Shown in pieces: positions 26,901-36,778 of a stretch of DNA of 64,000 nucleotides. Within the stretch, counting starts at the first letter, position 1; each line of letters begins with the position of its first letter. The notes under the pieces were generated by a model. That model ran no database searches and was not told the origin of the DNA. It saw only the letters and a list, made by a program, of their open reading frames with translations. Origin of the DNA: Podarcis liolepis (Eukaryota); NCBI GenBank assembly GCA_965112155.1, contig OZ218101.1; one strand, given 5' to 3'. Position numbers and translations under genes: made by a program.

Positions 26901-29900
26901 GAAACTGATTTAGCCCTCTGTGTTGAGGCAGAGTCCCTTAAACAGTTAAACCTCAGATCCCGAACACCTCCATTTCAGAACGTTTACGTTCTCAGACGTT
27001 TTTCAGAAGCCGAACGTCCGACATGGCTTCCACTGGGTGCAGGAAGTTCCTGCAACCAATTGGAAGCCGTGCCTAGGTTGTCAAACATTTCGGAAGCCAA
27101 ATGGGCTTCCAGAATGGATTACGTTCGACAACTGAGGTTTGACTGTACATAACACTTCAGCAGGCCTCCTCACCAAACAGGGTGTGGGTCAGATACTTTG
27201 ACCAAGCGCTAACTTTAAAATTTAGAAACAGTTCATTGCTAATCAAGTAATTGGCCTTTGAAGATGCAGAATTTGGTGCATTTGGTGACCTGTAGACAAC
27301 ATCTTTATTCCTTCTTGAGCAACACTTTTGCAAGATGGTCTATCTTATACCAGTTTTAAAGCATGTGTTGGACATAAATTCGTCAAAAGGACAGTTTAAT
27401 TCAGTGGGAAACTAGCATACGTCTATCAACAAGACGGAAGAAATCTGATTGTGTCTCCGTTGTATCTGTCAATAGCTTTGTAATGAGATTTATTTTATTA
27501 CATCTGTCCTATAGAAGTATATGTCGTTGAGCAACTTGTTTTATTCCCATCTTCTTTTCTTTCAACCGTGCAGGGTGATGTTGGGCTCGCTATGGGTAAA
27601 CTCTATGGAAATGACTTCAGTCAAACTACTATCTCTCGCTTTGAAGCCTTGAACCTCAGCTTTAAGAACATGTGCAAGTTAAAACCACTTCTGGAAAAGT
27701 GGCTCAATGATGCAGGTGAGAATTTCCTTTTAAAATTCCTGAAATACCGCAGAACAACTCTGAATTTCGTAAAGATTTTTATTCCAATGCTCTTTGTGGT
27801 GGGGTTCCATTTTGTTATACTTACAACAGATATTTCCATTCCGTTCAGTCTGTTATGCAAGTGGAATAGATTGAAGAAGCATAAATAGTTACTTACTTGA
27901 GCGGTCTTTCTGAAGCGTTTGTACGGCACTGGCTCTGATGTGAAAATAATTGCACATATGCAGTGTTTTTCAACCACATAATCATAAGCTTACTCTGGCA
28001 CTTTTTATTCTTAAGACCAAAAAAATGCTCAAAAATACATGAGCAAAACTATTGGCTAGTGCATATAAAAAGTTAGCGGCTAACCCTAAATGTGGCCATG
28101 TGCAATTAGGTTTGATCAAACCTTTTCTCCTTCAGATCTTGAGAACTGACTTTCCATCAAAGCTGTATAGTATGGCTTTTTAAATAGCAAGTACTGTTAG
28201 TTTCAGTATTTCTGCTACATAGGACCCATAGGCTTAGATGCTAGATGTCCCTTCCACAAATTGAAGGGCTCAGTCTGTTTGCAGAATGGCTTTCGATCCA
28301 ATGGTAGTGATGCAATTCATCCTGTAGCCTGCCACACACCACCTCCCGCTCTGTTCTGGAGGGTGCCTCAACTTTCTTGAGCAGATTTGAAGGAGGGGAG
28401 GAACAGGGGGCTGCTGGGAGGAGGGATAATTGGTGAAACTTGATGGGAAGGTCCCATGAATGGATTTCTGCTCAGGGAACTTGAGATCCAAGCCATAGAA
28501 TTTTTGGATATTTGTTTGTTTGTATGCTACCTTTCAGGACTATACAGTGGTTCACATTATAAAGGAAATTAAATTACAGTATGAAATACATTATGTACAA
28601 TAACTGCATGAAATACACAACGTACAAAACCAATAACCCGACATCGTATACAGCAAATGAATAAGGTCAGCAGAGGCAGCCTACAAACCCCTTAACTAAA
28701 GGCCTGGGATACATTTTTAACTGGTGCTAGAAACTAATTAAGGTGGGTGTCAGTCGGGTCCGTAAGGGAAGGGCATGCCACAATCATGGTACCCTTATTG
28801 AGAACACCCTTAGTTATGGGAGTGTAGTCTGGCATCAGGAGGCCCAGTGCTGGCCATTCCTAGGTTGAGGTTGAGGGGCCATTACATGAGTTAATGTGTA
28901 GTTGTTTAACCAAGTACTGTGAGTGGTACCTTTTAAAAATATATTATTAGCATGCTTCAGTGACCTTGACTTGTGTTGACTGTTTTCAGAAAACCTCTCA
29001 TCAGATTCAGCTCTCTCCAGCCCAAGTGCCCTGAATTCCCCAGGGCTGGGGATTGAGGGCTTGAACCGCAGGAGGAAGAAACGCACCAGCATAGAGACCA
29101 ACATACGTGTGGCCTTAGAGAAGAGTTTCCTGGAGGTTAGTCGATCTGTTGCACTGTGTGCTACTCTAACGGCTGCTGAGTAGTTTCAGCATAGCATGAA
29201 ATGATAAAATGGCATAAGAACAATTAAATAACATTATAAAATACTATATTACCTGACACACTATGACTATATGAATCACTTCACCTTCTGTCCTTCCCAT
29301 GTAAGAAGTAGAAGAGGAACTGGTGCATCTTCCCTGCTATGAGAGAGATATTTCAGATGTATCTGCAACAATTATAGGTAGCTGCTGGCTTTCATTGTTG
29401 CAGCTTCCCTGTAAAATGGGAATTCACCCTGTGTCCAAACCATAACTGAGCTCTTCTCTTCAAATTACTACTCTTTCAGAACCAAAAGCCTACCTCGGAA
29501 GAGATCACCATGATAGCTGACCAGCTGAACATGGAGAAAGAGGTGATCCGCGTTTGGTTCTGTAACCGGCGCCAGAAGGAGAAAAGGATTAACCCACCGA
29601 GTAGTGGTGGAACCAGCAGCTCGCCCATCAAAGCAATTTTCCCTTGCCCAACTTCATTGGTAAGAATTAACTTGAGTTATACTGGACTGGAAGAAATTAA
29701 AATCACTCCTATCCTCTTGGTAATGAGGTTAACATAATGCAGATTTCAAAATCTTAAGTTTTTATCTTCAGTGGTCACTGCTGTGTTCAGTACACCACCT
29801 ATTGCTTCTACTTTGGTCCATATTGAAGAAGACATCCTCCAGAGGGCTTTGAGTACTAAGCAAGACATGAATTGTTGCTGGATTGAGCTGGGTGATTCAC

Positions 29901-32900
29901 ATGGGTGTTTGTGTTATACATAGCTTAATGATTTTCTCACTACAAGTAGCACTGTAGCATAGTTCTAAGCTTCAATGAATAAAATTCCAAAGCTATATGA
30001 TAGTATGTGTTTGCTAGCTTCTGTATTTGTAGGTAAGTAGTAAACATTTAAATCTGATTTCTTTTCCTTTCTTAAAGAAAGCTTAGCTGTTTTGTTCTGA
30101 CCTCTAGGTGGCAACCACACCAAGCCTTGTGACAAGCAGTGCAGCTACAACCCTGACTGTCAACCCTGTGCTCCCTCTAACCAGCGCGGCAGTAACTAGT
30201 TTGGCAGTCACAGGTAAGAGAATATTCAGACTTCCTCAGCACAGAAGTACTTGCTGTTACAAAGACTGAAATTTAGTGACCTATTATGTCAGAGAATCCC
30301 TAGAATCATTTGTATCCAGGGTTGTTTGTTAAGCAACAAGTTTTAATACACTCAGATCCAAGATAAACAGTGCCTTTTGGGTTCTGTTCACAATACTGTA
30401 CTAACACACAGTGTCCATTGAGTTAATCAGTCCTCTTTTCCTTACACTTTGGCGCATTGCCCTTTCATTCCATTGGAATGGTGTCTTTTGTTCTCTGTCT
30501 GTCTTGTAGTTTTAGATCTCTTCCAGGAGTATTAACTATTTTAGTCTGATTGAAACCATCCTTTCAGGCACCACAGAAACCATCCCCAACAACACAGCGA
30601 CTGTGATTTCTACCGCACCCCCGGCTTCCGCAGCAGTGACATCACCCTCCCTGAGTCCCTCTCCTTCTGCCTCCGCTTCCACTTCTGAGGCATCGAGTGC
30701 CAGTGAGACCAGCACAACACAGACAACCTCCACCCCCATGTCCTCAGCAATTGGGACCAGCCAGGTGATGGTAACTGCTTCTGGGTTGCAAACAGCAGCA
30801 GCGGCACTCCAAGGAGCTGCACAGTTGCCTGCAAATGCAAGTCTTGCTGCCATGGCAGCAGCAGCAGGACTAAATCCAGGCTTGATGGCATCCTCACAGT
30901 TTGCAGCTGGGTAGGTATCTGCCATTCATAAAATTTGCTTGCCATTTTAACTATCTAGCCTTCAGGCATCAGATGTCAATACACTGCACATTTAGTACCT
31001 TTACTTAAAAATAAGTGCTGTTTGAAAATAAAGATTGTCTTAATTCTTTCTTTTAATTCAGTAGTTCAGCCCATCAGAGATTATTGGCACTTTTCAGGTA
31101 TAAAAATGTTTGGATGCAAGTTTTTACATTTCTTGCCACTTTTAAGATCGATTTTAAAGAATGCAACCAGTCAATAATAAATCCTAGGTAGAAATGTTGC
31201 TGAAAGGATCTGCGTCCGTTTTTGTGATAAACAACAGGGGAAATTCGAATTTGACTTTTAAAATCTAATTCTGTGTCTAAGACTGCTCACCTGGAAAGTC
31301 GCTCTGTCTTCAGTTTGTTTTTGTTTCCTGTTTTGGGATTGCAGAGGTGCCTTACTCAGTCTCAATCCAGGGACACTAGGCGGTGCTCTCAGCCCAGCTC
31401 TGATGAGTAACAGCACTCTGGCAACTATTCAAGGTCAGTGGACTTTCACCAGTCTTCCCATGTCTGTTATGTTTGTGTTTTTCATAGGGTTCTTTCCCCC
31501 ACAAAGAGAGAGAGAGAGGCTACAAATCCTAAACCTCCTTGCTTGGAAATGTCACATTGAAGAGACTTGCTTCTACATAAACATTTACCTTTATATATTC
31601 AAATCTCCATCAACCACACATGCACACTTCACACTCATGACAATGAAGGGGTGACATATTTTATTCCAAACTCCTTTTGACATTCAGAGATAATAACTAG
31701 TCTGAGTAAAATCAGTATATGAAAACACCCTTGTGAGGATTTTCACTTAGAAGCCTCCAGGGAAATGATCAACCTTCATACATCAGGATCCTCTCAGACC
31801 TCCTTTCAGGAATGAATGCAACACAGTTGAAGGCTGTCACTCAAACACTTGTGAGTTCCTGATACATTGGTAAGAAACCTGAAGCATCAACTGCATGATT
31901 GCTATTGCCTCTTATCACTTTATAGGAGGTGATAGTTCAGAGAGGCTGCCAACACAATTCCAGTGCCATGCTGAGACCAGAAAAACAGACTATTAAATCC
32001 TAACCTAGTCCTTGGGGATAAAATTTCACCCCAGTGCATTTTTTGAAAATCCAGTGCTGTGTAAATTCTGCAACAATGTAGTCCCATCTAAGACATTGTT
32101 GCCTGCACAGTCATAAACAAACAAGTACATTTTATTCATAGCGATATGTAGCTCTTTTACAAAAGAAAAGTACATATATGTGCAAATGTTCTAGGTGTAC
32201 AAAAATTCCTTTTATTAATATATTCATAATCAAGCACCTCATTTGTTTGCATATATTTCCCTCCACCAAACCAAGCTAGCAACTGATCAGGCTTTGCAAG
32301 TCAACAAAAAAGCCAGGCGGCAAACTGATCTACTCTTAATATGAAATGATTCTTCAAAGTGAACAGGTACTCCATGAATTAATTATCAGAGCGCAGAAGG
32401 TGAATAATACACAATGACTTAAGCATTCTTCAGGTGGTTGAAATCTGACTTCATATATCTTTATGCATGAGCCTTTATAATACTTTGATGCAGGGGTTGG
32501 GGAAGTTTTTCAGCCCCAGGGCCTCATCCCCTCAAGGAGCCTTGTGAGGACCACATGCCACTGGCATAAAAGTGGGCATAACAATGGATGTGGCTTTTGC
32601 CTTTGTGCAGAGTGTGGAAAGTTCAAAGGTTTCAGTAGGTGCACACACTTAGCCATCGCATCTCTGCAACCAGGCATGTTTGCAGTTGAAGGATGAATTT
32701 CAGCTAGGCAAAAGCACTCGAAAAGGGTGTGGAGCCGGGCTGGTGAGGGGTGTAGCCTGTGGGGAGGGGCATGGCATGGCCAGGGGAGAGAGCCCCAAGG
32801 GACACGTAGAAAGGCCCCAAGAACTGCATTTGGGCCCTGGGCCTGAGGTTCTCCATCCCTGCCTTAATGGGTCTTCACGGCACCTGCTTTTTCCTCTCTG

Positions 32901-33016
32901 GTGAAAATGGTGTGTTTATCTGGATAATAAAATGGTCAGTTCTCAATCCTCAGTCACTCTGAATCCAATCCAGCTTTTCCTCCTGATGTTGAGATGGCTT
33001 CGTTTACTATTTTTGG

Positions 33017-33063
<47 letters not shown>

Positions 33064-33460
33064 GCATCCGTTGGTAGTCAGAAGAAAAACTTCAGTGCTG
33101 CTGATGTGTGGGGCTGCGAATGCTGACATTTTCTTCTGCCCCTCTCTAGCTCTTGCATCTGGTGGCTCTCTTCCAATAACATCACTGGATGCAACTGGGA
33201 ACTTGGTATTTGCCAATGCTGGAGGTACGCCGAACATCGTCACTGCCCCTCTGTTCCTGAACCCTCAGAACCTTTCACTGCTCACCAGCAACCCAGTTAG
33301 CTTGGTCTCTGCAGCTGCAGCCTCGGCAGGGGCCTCTGGACCAGTTGCCAGCCTTCATGCCACCTCCACCTCAGCAGAGTCTATCCAGAACTCTCTCTTC
33401 ACCGTGGCCTCGGCCAGCGGGGCTGCCTCCACCACTACTACTGCCTCCAAGGCGCAGTGA
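6684..33460 (+). CDS. POU2F1: POU domain class 2 transcription factor 1 (Oct-1), 5'-partial, 14 coding exons in window
   Basis: Join 6684-6778,11540-11593,14643-14762,17148-17327,19751-19877,23561-23655,24431-24604,27574-27715,28990-29135,29480-29659,30108-30213,30568-30910,31345-31433,33150-33460. All introns are GT-AG, phases are consistent and the frame is open to TGA at 33458-33460. Contains the Gln-rich N-terminus, POU-specific domain, POU homeodomain (VRVWFCN-type [15 protein letters not shown]) and Oct-1 C-terminus ...[11 protein letters not shown]. Confidence 0.99.
7300..7640. mobile_element. Old non-autonomous hAT-type element (same family as 32491-32861)
   Basis: Start ttttcagcccgagggccatgttccct is shared with the other copies; boundaries approximate. 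Confidence 0.45.
7649..7881. mobile_element. Tc1/mariner-pogo (Tigger-like) MITE
   Basis: TIR cagtggtacctc / gaggtaccactg, TA on both sides, subterminal taacc(c/t)ga repeats. Confidence 0.9.
9345..9389. repeat. (TG)n microsatellite
   Basis: About 22 TG units. Confidence 0.97.
9453..9856 (+). mobile_element. CR1 LINE 3' fragment
   Basis: gagttgggtatgtttagcctgg...aggagactgag (ELGMFSL..RRL) and a ttctttgattctat 3' end. Confidence 0.85.
11540..11593 (+). CDS. POU2F1: POU2F1 coding exon ([18 protein letters not shown])
   Basis: ttttatag| acceptor, |gtaagt donor, 54 nt. Confidence 0.96.
11880..13103 (-). mobile_element. 5'-truncated L2-clade LINE with simple-repeat tail
   Basis: RT ORF 12997-12299 ([28 protein letters not shown]), C-terminus ...[14 protein letters not shown] (12198-12004) and (TAA)n on + at 11880-11925. 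Confidence 0.95.
14335..14590 (+). mobile_element. tRNA-derived SINE, Squam3-like
   Basis: A box tggtgtagtgg, B box ggttcg, CORE-like gggtgaccttgggccagtcac, (CTT)n tail. Confidence 0.8.
14643..14762 (+). CDS. POU2F1: POU2F1 coding exon ([13 protein letters not shown]...LAGGQITG)
   Basis: tttcctag| acceptor, |gtaaga donor, 120 nt. Confidence 0.97.
15434..15710. mobile_element. hAT (Charlie-like) MITE
   Basis: TIR caggggtaggcaacc / ggttactgacccctg; 8-bp TSD tcttgctc / tattgctc; cggccc subterminal motifs. Confidence 0.88.
17148..17327 (+). CDS. POU2F1: POU2F1 coding exon ([11 protein letters not shown]...QPIQIAQ)
   Basis: ttcctag| acceptor, |gtgagc donor, 180 nt. Confidence 0.97.
17870..19070 (+). 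mobile_element. Highly degenerate L2-clade LINE remnants
   Basis: Endonuclease-like HTPDLVF and SDHFLV, C-terminal [13 protein letters not shown] and GPSYLRDCL, in shifting frames. Confidence 0.75.
19751..19877 (+). CDS. POU2F1: POU2F1 coding exon ([23 protein letters not shown]...QGQQ)
   Basis: ttcaag| acceptor, |gtgagc donor, 127 nt. Confidence 0.97.
20278..23062 (-). mobile_element. Degenerate CR1 LINE (3' end, RT and endonuclease remnants)
   Basis: 3' end aacataagaagagttcttctggatcaggcc on +; AKFADDT on - near 21256-21277; VGIMETWW...ISGYRLY at 23062-22868. Confidence 0.85.
23561..23655 (+). CDS. POU2F1: POU2F1 coding exon ([32 protein letters not shown])
   Basis: ctttcag| acceptor, |gtcagt donor, 95 nt. 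Confidence 0.97.
24431..24604 (+). CDS. POU2F1: POU2F1 coding exon, start of POU-specific domain (PATPTR...[27 protein letters not shown])
   Basis: tagcag| tandem acceptor, |gtaaaa donor, 174 nt from the distal AG. Confidence 0.98.
24785..24950 (-). mobile_element. Old tRNA-derived SINE remnant
   Basis: Family also seen at ~16155-16240, 59520-59610, 61760-61890 and 62440-62580 (shared cagtattgtc..actgactgg segment; tagctcagt head in the + copy). Confidence 0.5.
26943..27145. mobile_element. Tc1/mariner-pogo MITE
   Basis: TIR cagttaaacctcag / ctgaggtttgactg with TA on the right. Confidence 0.8.
27574..27715 (+). CDS. POU2F1: POU2F1 coding exon, POU-specific domain ([47 protein letters not shown])
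   Basis: gtgcag| acceptor, |gtgaga donor, 142 nt. Confidence 0.99.
28990..29135 (+). CDS. POU2F1: POU2F1 coding exon, linker and homeodomain start (ENLSSDS...[23 protein letters not shown])
   Basis: ttttcag| acceptor, |gttagt donor, 146 nt. Confidence 0.98.
29480..29659 (+). CDS. POU2F1: POU2F1 coding exon, homeodomain (NQKPTSEEI...[16 protein letters not shown]...PTSL)
   Basis: ctttcag| acceptor, |gtaaga donor, 180 nt. Confidence 0.99.
30108..30213 (+). CDS. POU2F1: POU2F1 coding exon ([35 protein letters not shown])
   Basis: ctctag| acceptor, |gtaaga donor, 106 nt. Confidence 0.97.
30568..30910 (+). CDS. POU2F1: POU2F1 coding exon, Ser/Thr/Ala-rich region ([19 protein letters not shown]...SQFAAG)
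   Basis: ctttcag| acceptor, |gtaggt donor, 343 nt. Confidence 0.96.
31345..31433 (+). CDS. POU2F1: POU2F1 coding exon ([29 protein letters not shown])
   Basis: ttgcag| acceptor, |gtcagt donor, 89 nt. Confidence 0.97.
32491..32861. mobile_element. Non-autonomous hAT element
   Basis: TIR caggggttggggaa / ttctccatccctg; degenerate 8-bp TSD ctttgatg / ccttaatg. Confidence 0.7.
33020..33061. repeat. (GT)21 microsatellite
   Basis: Direct read. Confidence 0.97.
33150..33460 (+). CDS. POU2F1: POU2F1 terminal coding exon ([14 protein letters not shown]...ASKAQ*)
   Basis: ctctctag| acceptor; TGA at 33458-33460. Confidence 0.98.
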
Positions 33461-33658
33461 GTTGGACTGAGCTGTGCTTACCCATAGCCTATTTTACTCT
33501 GCAGTGAGATGGGCTGCCAGCTGGGTTTACAAACTGCAAAATGTGATTGGTTTCCTCTCACCGTGTTGCTGGGGACAAGGGAGAGAAGGAAAAATACAAA
33601 AGGAAAAAAAACCAAGAAGAAGGATTTAAAACTGGGACAAACATTTGCCTAATTTTAT

Positions 33659-33664
33659 AATAAA
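33659..33664 (+). terminator. Candidate proximal poly(A) signal of POU2F1 (AATAAA)
   Basis: AATAAA about 200 nt after the stop codon. Confidence 0.45.
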
Positions 33665-33891
33665 CACTGTCTTTTCAGGATTGCTTCATTGACTGGAGAA
33701 CTTTCTAACCAAAAATGTATAAAACAAAAAAGGACTACTTATCATTTCCAGCAGTATCAATGACAAGTTAAGGTGGGTTATCAACTCAAACGTAGGAATG
33801 GGATTTCTTCTTTCTTTTTGATCTAAATATCTTTTTTTAATTATCATTTATTGGTCTGTTGTACAGGCCATAATGTCATACAAGGTGTTTA

Positions 33892-34028
33892 NNNNNNNNN
33901 NNNNNNNNNNNNNNNNNNNNNNNNNNNNNNNNNNNNNNNNNNNNNNNNNNNNNNNNNNNNNNNNNNNNNNNNNNNNNNNNNNNNNNNNNNNNNNNNNNNN
34001 NNNNNNNNNNNNNNNNNNNNNNNNNNNN
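33892..34028. other. Assembly gap (137 N)
   Basis: Run of N. Confidence 1.
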
Positions 34029-36712
34029 CTGCTCCTGGAACAGTTTCAGTGAGCTCCCATGCTACACAGAGGGAGGAGCAAAGAGAGGGAAGCATGTGAA
34101 TTGCGAATGTTCTTTAGTTTCCTTTTCCCTGGCGGTATGTTTTTCGGGATTCTCTCAGAAGTGTTGGCGGCTAAGTGAACATACAGAGGGTAATGTGCAA
34201 AGATAGTCCATGCTTGTGAGATGGGCGCTCTGATTGGACAGCTGTTTGCTCAGCACACTTGGGCCAAATCTAGCTCTCATTTGCACGTCTTTGGCTCCTG
34301 TTGATGCCAAGGGAGGAAGGATTTGGCCCATAGGTTCTGTCTTCAGCATCTGTGCTGGCCACTGTCTTGTCTCATAATTGCATGGAAATGGCCACTTTAC
34401 AACTGGGAATATTTCTGTTATTTACTTTCTCAGGAGGCTGCCTGTATTGGTGATAATTCATATGCATTCGTTGAACCTTCCTACCAGCTGTTTGGCATAG
34501 GATTTCTGAACGCTGCATTGGTTCATCTCTAAGAACTTACTTTTTCCAGTGTCTCCAATATGATTGTACTGAAAATGTTTTCAACTTAAAACATTTCTAT
34601 TCCAGAAGTAAACTAGGTCATGTGAACAAGTACTGTTTTATGCCAACACAGCAGAGCGTGCTCCATTCTAAATAGTTTGTAATGTTCTTTGACACTGTTC
34701 ACTGCTCTGGAAAAAGTTGGTAAGGAATTCTCGGAAAGCTGACCAGCGTGCCGTGGAGAGTGTTGTCTTTCTGGTGAACACTGGCATGTTGCATGCGTCT
34801 TGCAATATTTCATGCTATTTCTGGGTGATGCTGCTGCTAGCTAGATCATTTATGGCAGTAATAAACACCTCTACTAGAGAGGGAGAAATGTTTCCAAGCA
34901 ACGTAACAAGTGGTATGCACAAACAGCTGCTGACAAATGGATGAGAGAGAGAGACTGAGGAGACAAAGATGAATTTAAATGTTATGCTGGTCTGAATCTA
35001 AATTTTTTTGCTGAGAAGAGATTGGATGACTGCAATGTACTTGGAACTCTCCAATCTCTTTTTAAGGTGAATTGAAAAATATCTTCAAGAAGGAGGAGCT
35101 GCCCAGTTTTTCTTTTCACTAAGCCTGGGGAGAAGGGGAGTTCTAGCACTCATGTAATTATATTGCATTTCATGCCAAAGGTAATTATTTAACCTCTCAT
35201 CACCTGATATCCTTTATCACCTGATATCATGATGGCAGTAACTTTATTCTCAATTCCTTCTCTGGCTGCTGATCCCAATTCAGAGAGCTGGCATTAATGC
35301 TCAACTAGCAGAAATCTTTGTCTCTTCTCGCATACCGTCATGCTGCTTTCGCTCTGTTCGTCTCTGAATTTCCAACTTCCTGTTTCACAAGCTATTTAAA
35401 AATAATGAATTCTTCCTAAAACTTTAAAAACTTGTGAACTGTAAGCAGGGAAGTGAGCAAATGTCCGTCCACCGTCTTATGTGTGTTTGATTTTTTTTAA
35501 TGTTTTATTTTTTTAAAACTAAGCTTGAACCAAAGTCAATTTCTAGCAAGCTGCTGTACTAATGGACTAGTTTGTATAAGTGCAGTTCAGATGCAGAGAG
35601 GTGATAGATGCTACTGACAATTTCTTTTCATTTTTTATTTTATATAAAAATTGCTGCTTGTTTTAATCTTTTTTGGGGGGTGGGGGTGGTCTTTTATATA
35701 TCCTTGGGGCAGACAAAATCTCAACTTGATTATTATCTAATTTCCATGGTTTGGTGTGTAAATAGAATGGCAATGGCAGATGGTTACTAATTCAACTGTT
35801 CCCACATCCTCCTTAGCAGTTTGGCTCAATCTATATACTGTGGTGTGACTGTCTCCATGATTTCAGTCTCAGTTTAAAAATATAGGGCTATGAATAATAC
35901 TGTGTGTTAAGGTTTTAAGTGGCCCATAGCAACAGCTTGGAGCAGTCAAATGCATGAAAGGATGGCAGAGGAGAGACAGGTACCCACTATGTTGGTCTCA
36001 AGGCCATAGTGTTGACTAGTTTCTACCAAAGGAAATATCAATCCCATGGATTTTTTATTTTATTTTTTTTGTCCATTGAAATTAGATCTATGTAACTTGT
36101 GTTTTTTGGCGCGCACACATCCATACGTATATATTTTAATAGAGGAGATGGTGATGACTTCTGAACTGTGGCATTTATTTAGCTATGAATTTCAAACATC
36201 AAGGAGGAAATAAGCCCTTCATATTTATGTACAAAAAATGAAGAGAACACAGCCCTGTAAATCGCCCCAAAACTCTCAAGGATTAAGAGAAGCTGTTTAT
36301 TCAGTTGACTGGCTGCCTCTTCTTGGGTTCACTGTTTGCAGTTAGAGGACATGATGAATCTGGAACACTAATGTAGCTCAGATGATGGCCATAAAAATCT
36401 TGCTGTAGTATTCACAGTATTCACATATTGTTGGTGTGAGCACCTTTAATCTTTATTTCTATTAGATTCATGCCACTGCCACACTACTAGCAGATTTCAC
36501 AGCAGGTTCTGGTGAAAGAAACTGGAAGCTAAAAACATGCAGCTAAAATGCTTTGGTTGAATTGTATTCATCCTACTTTACATATTCCATTCCTCATATC
36601 GCTCATACCTAATGCATTGATGCTTGTTCACAGCAGCACAGAGATACCAGGATCTGAATAGCTGTCACTATTTTGTGTTGATCTTGGCTATATATTTCAC
36701 ATGGCCATATTA

Positions 36713-36715
36713 ACA

Positions 36716-36772
<57 letters not shown>

Positions 36773-36778
36773 ACACAC
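36713..36778. repeat. Compound (AC)n(AG)n(AC)n microsatellite
   Basis: Direct read. Confidence 0.95.

Noticed and set aside
30536-30945. Minus-strand ORFs of 129 and 111 aa
   Set aside because: Antisense shadows of the Ser/Thr/Ala-rich POU2F1 exon.
33851-34099. ORFs across the N run
   Set aside because: Artefacts of the assembly gap.
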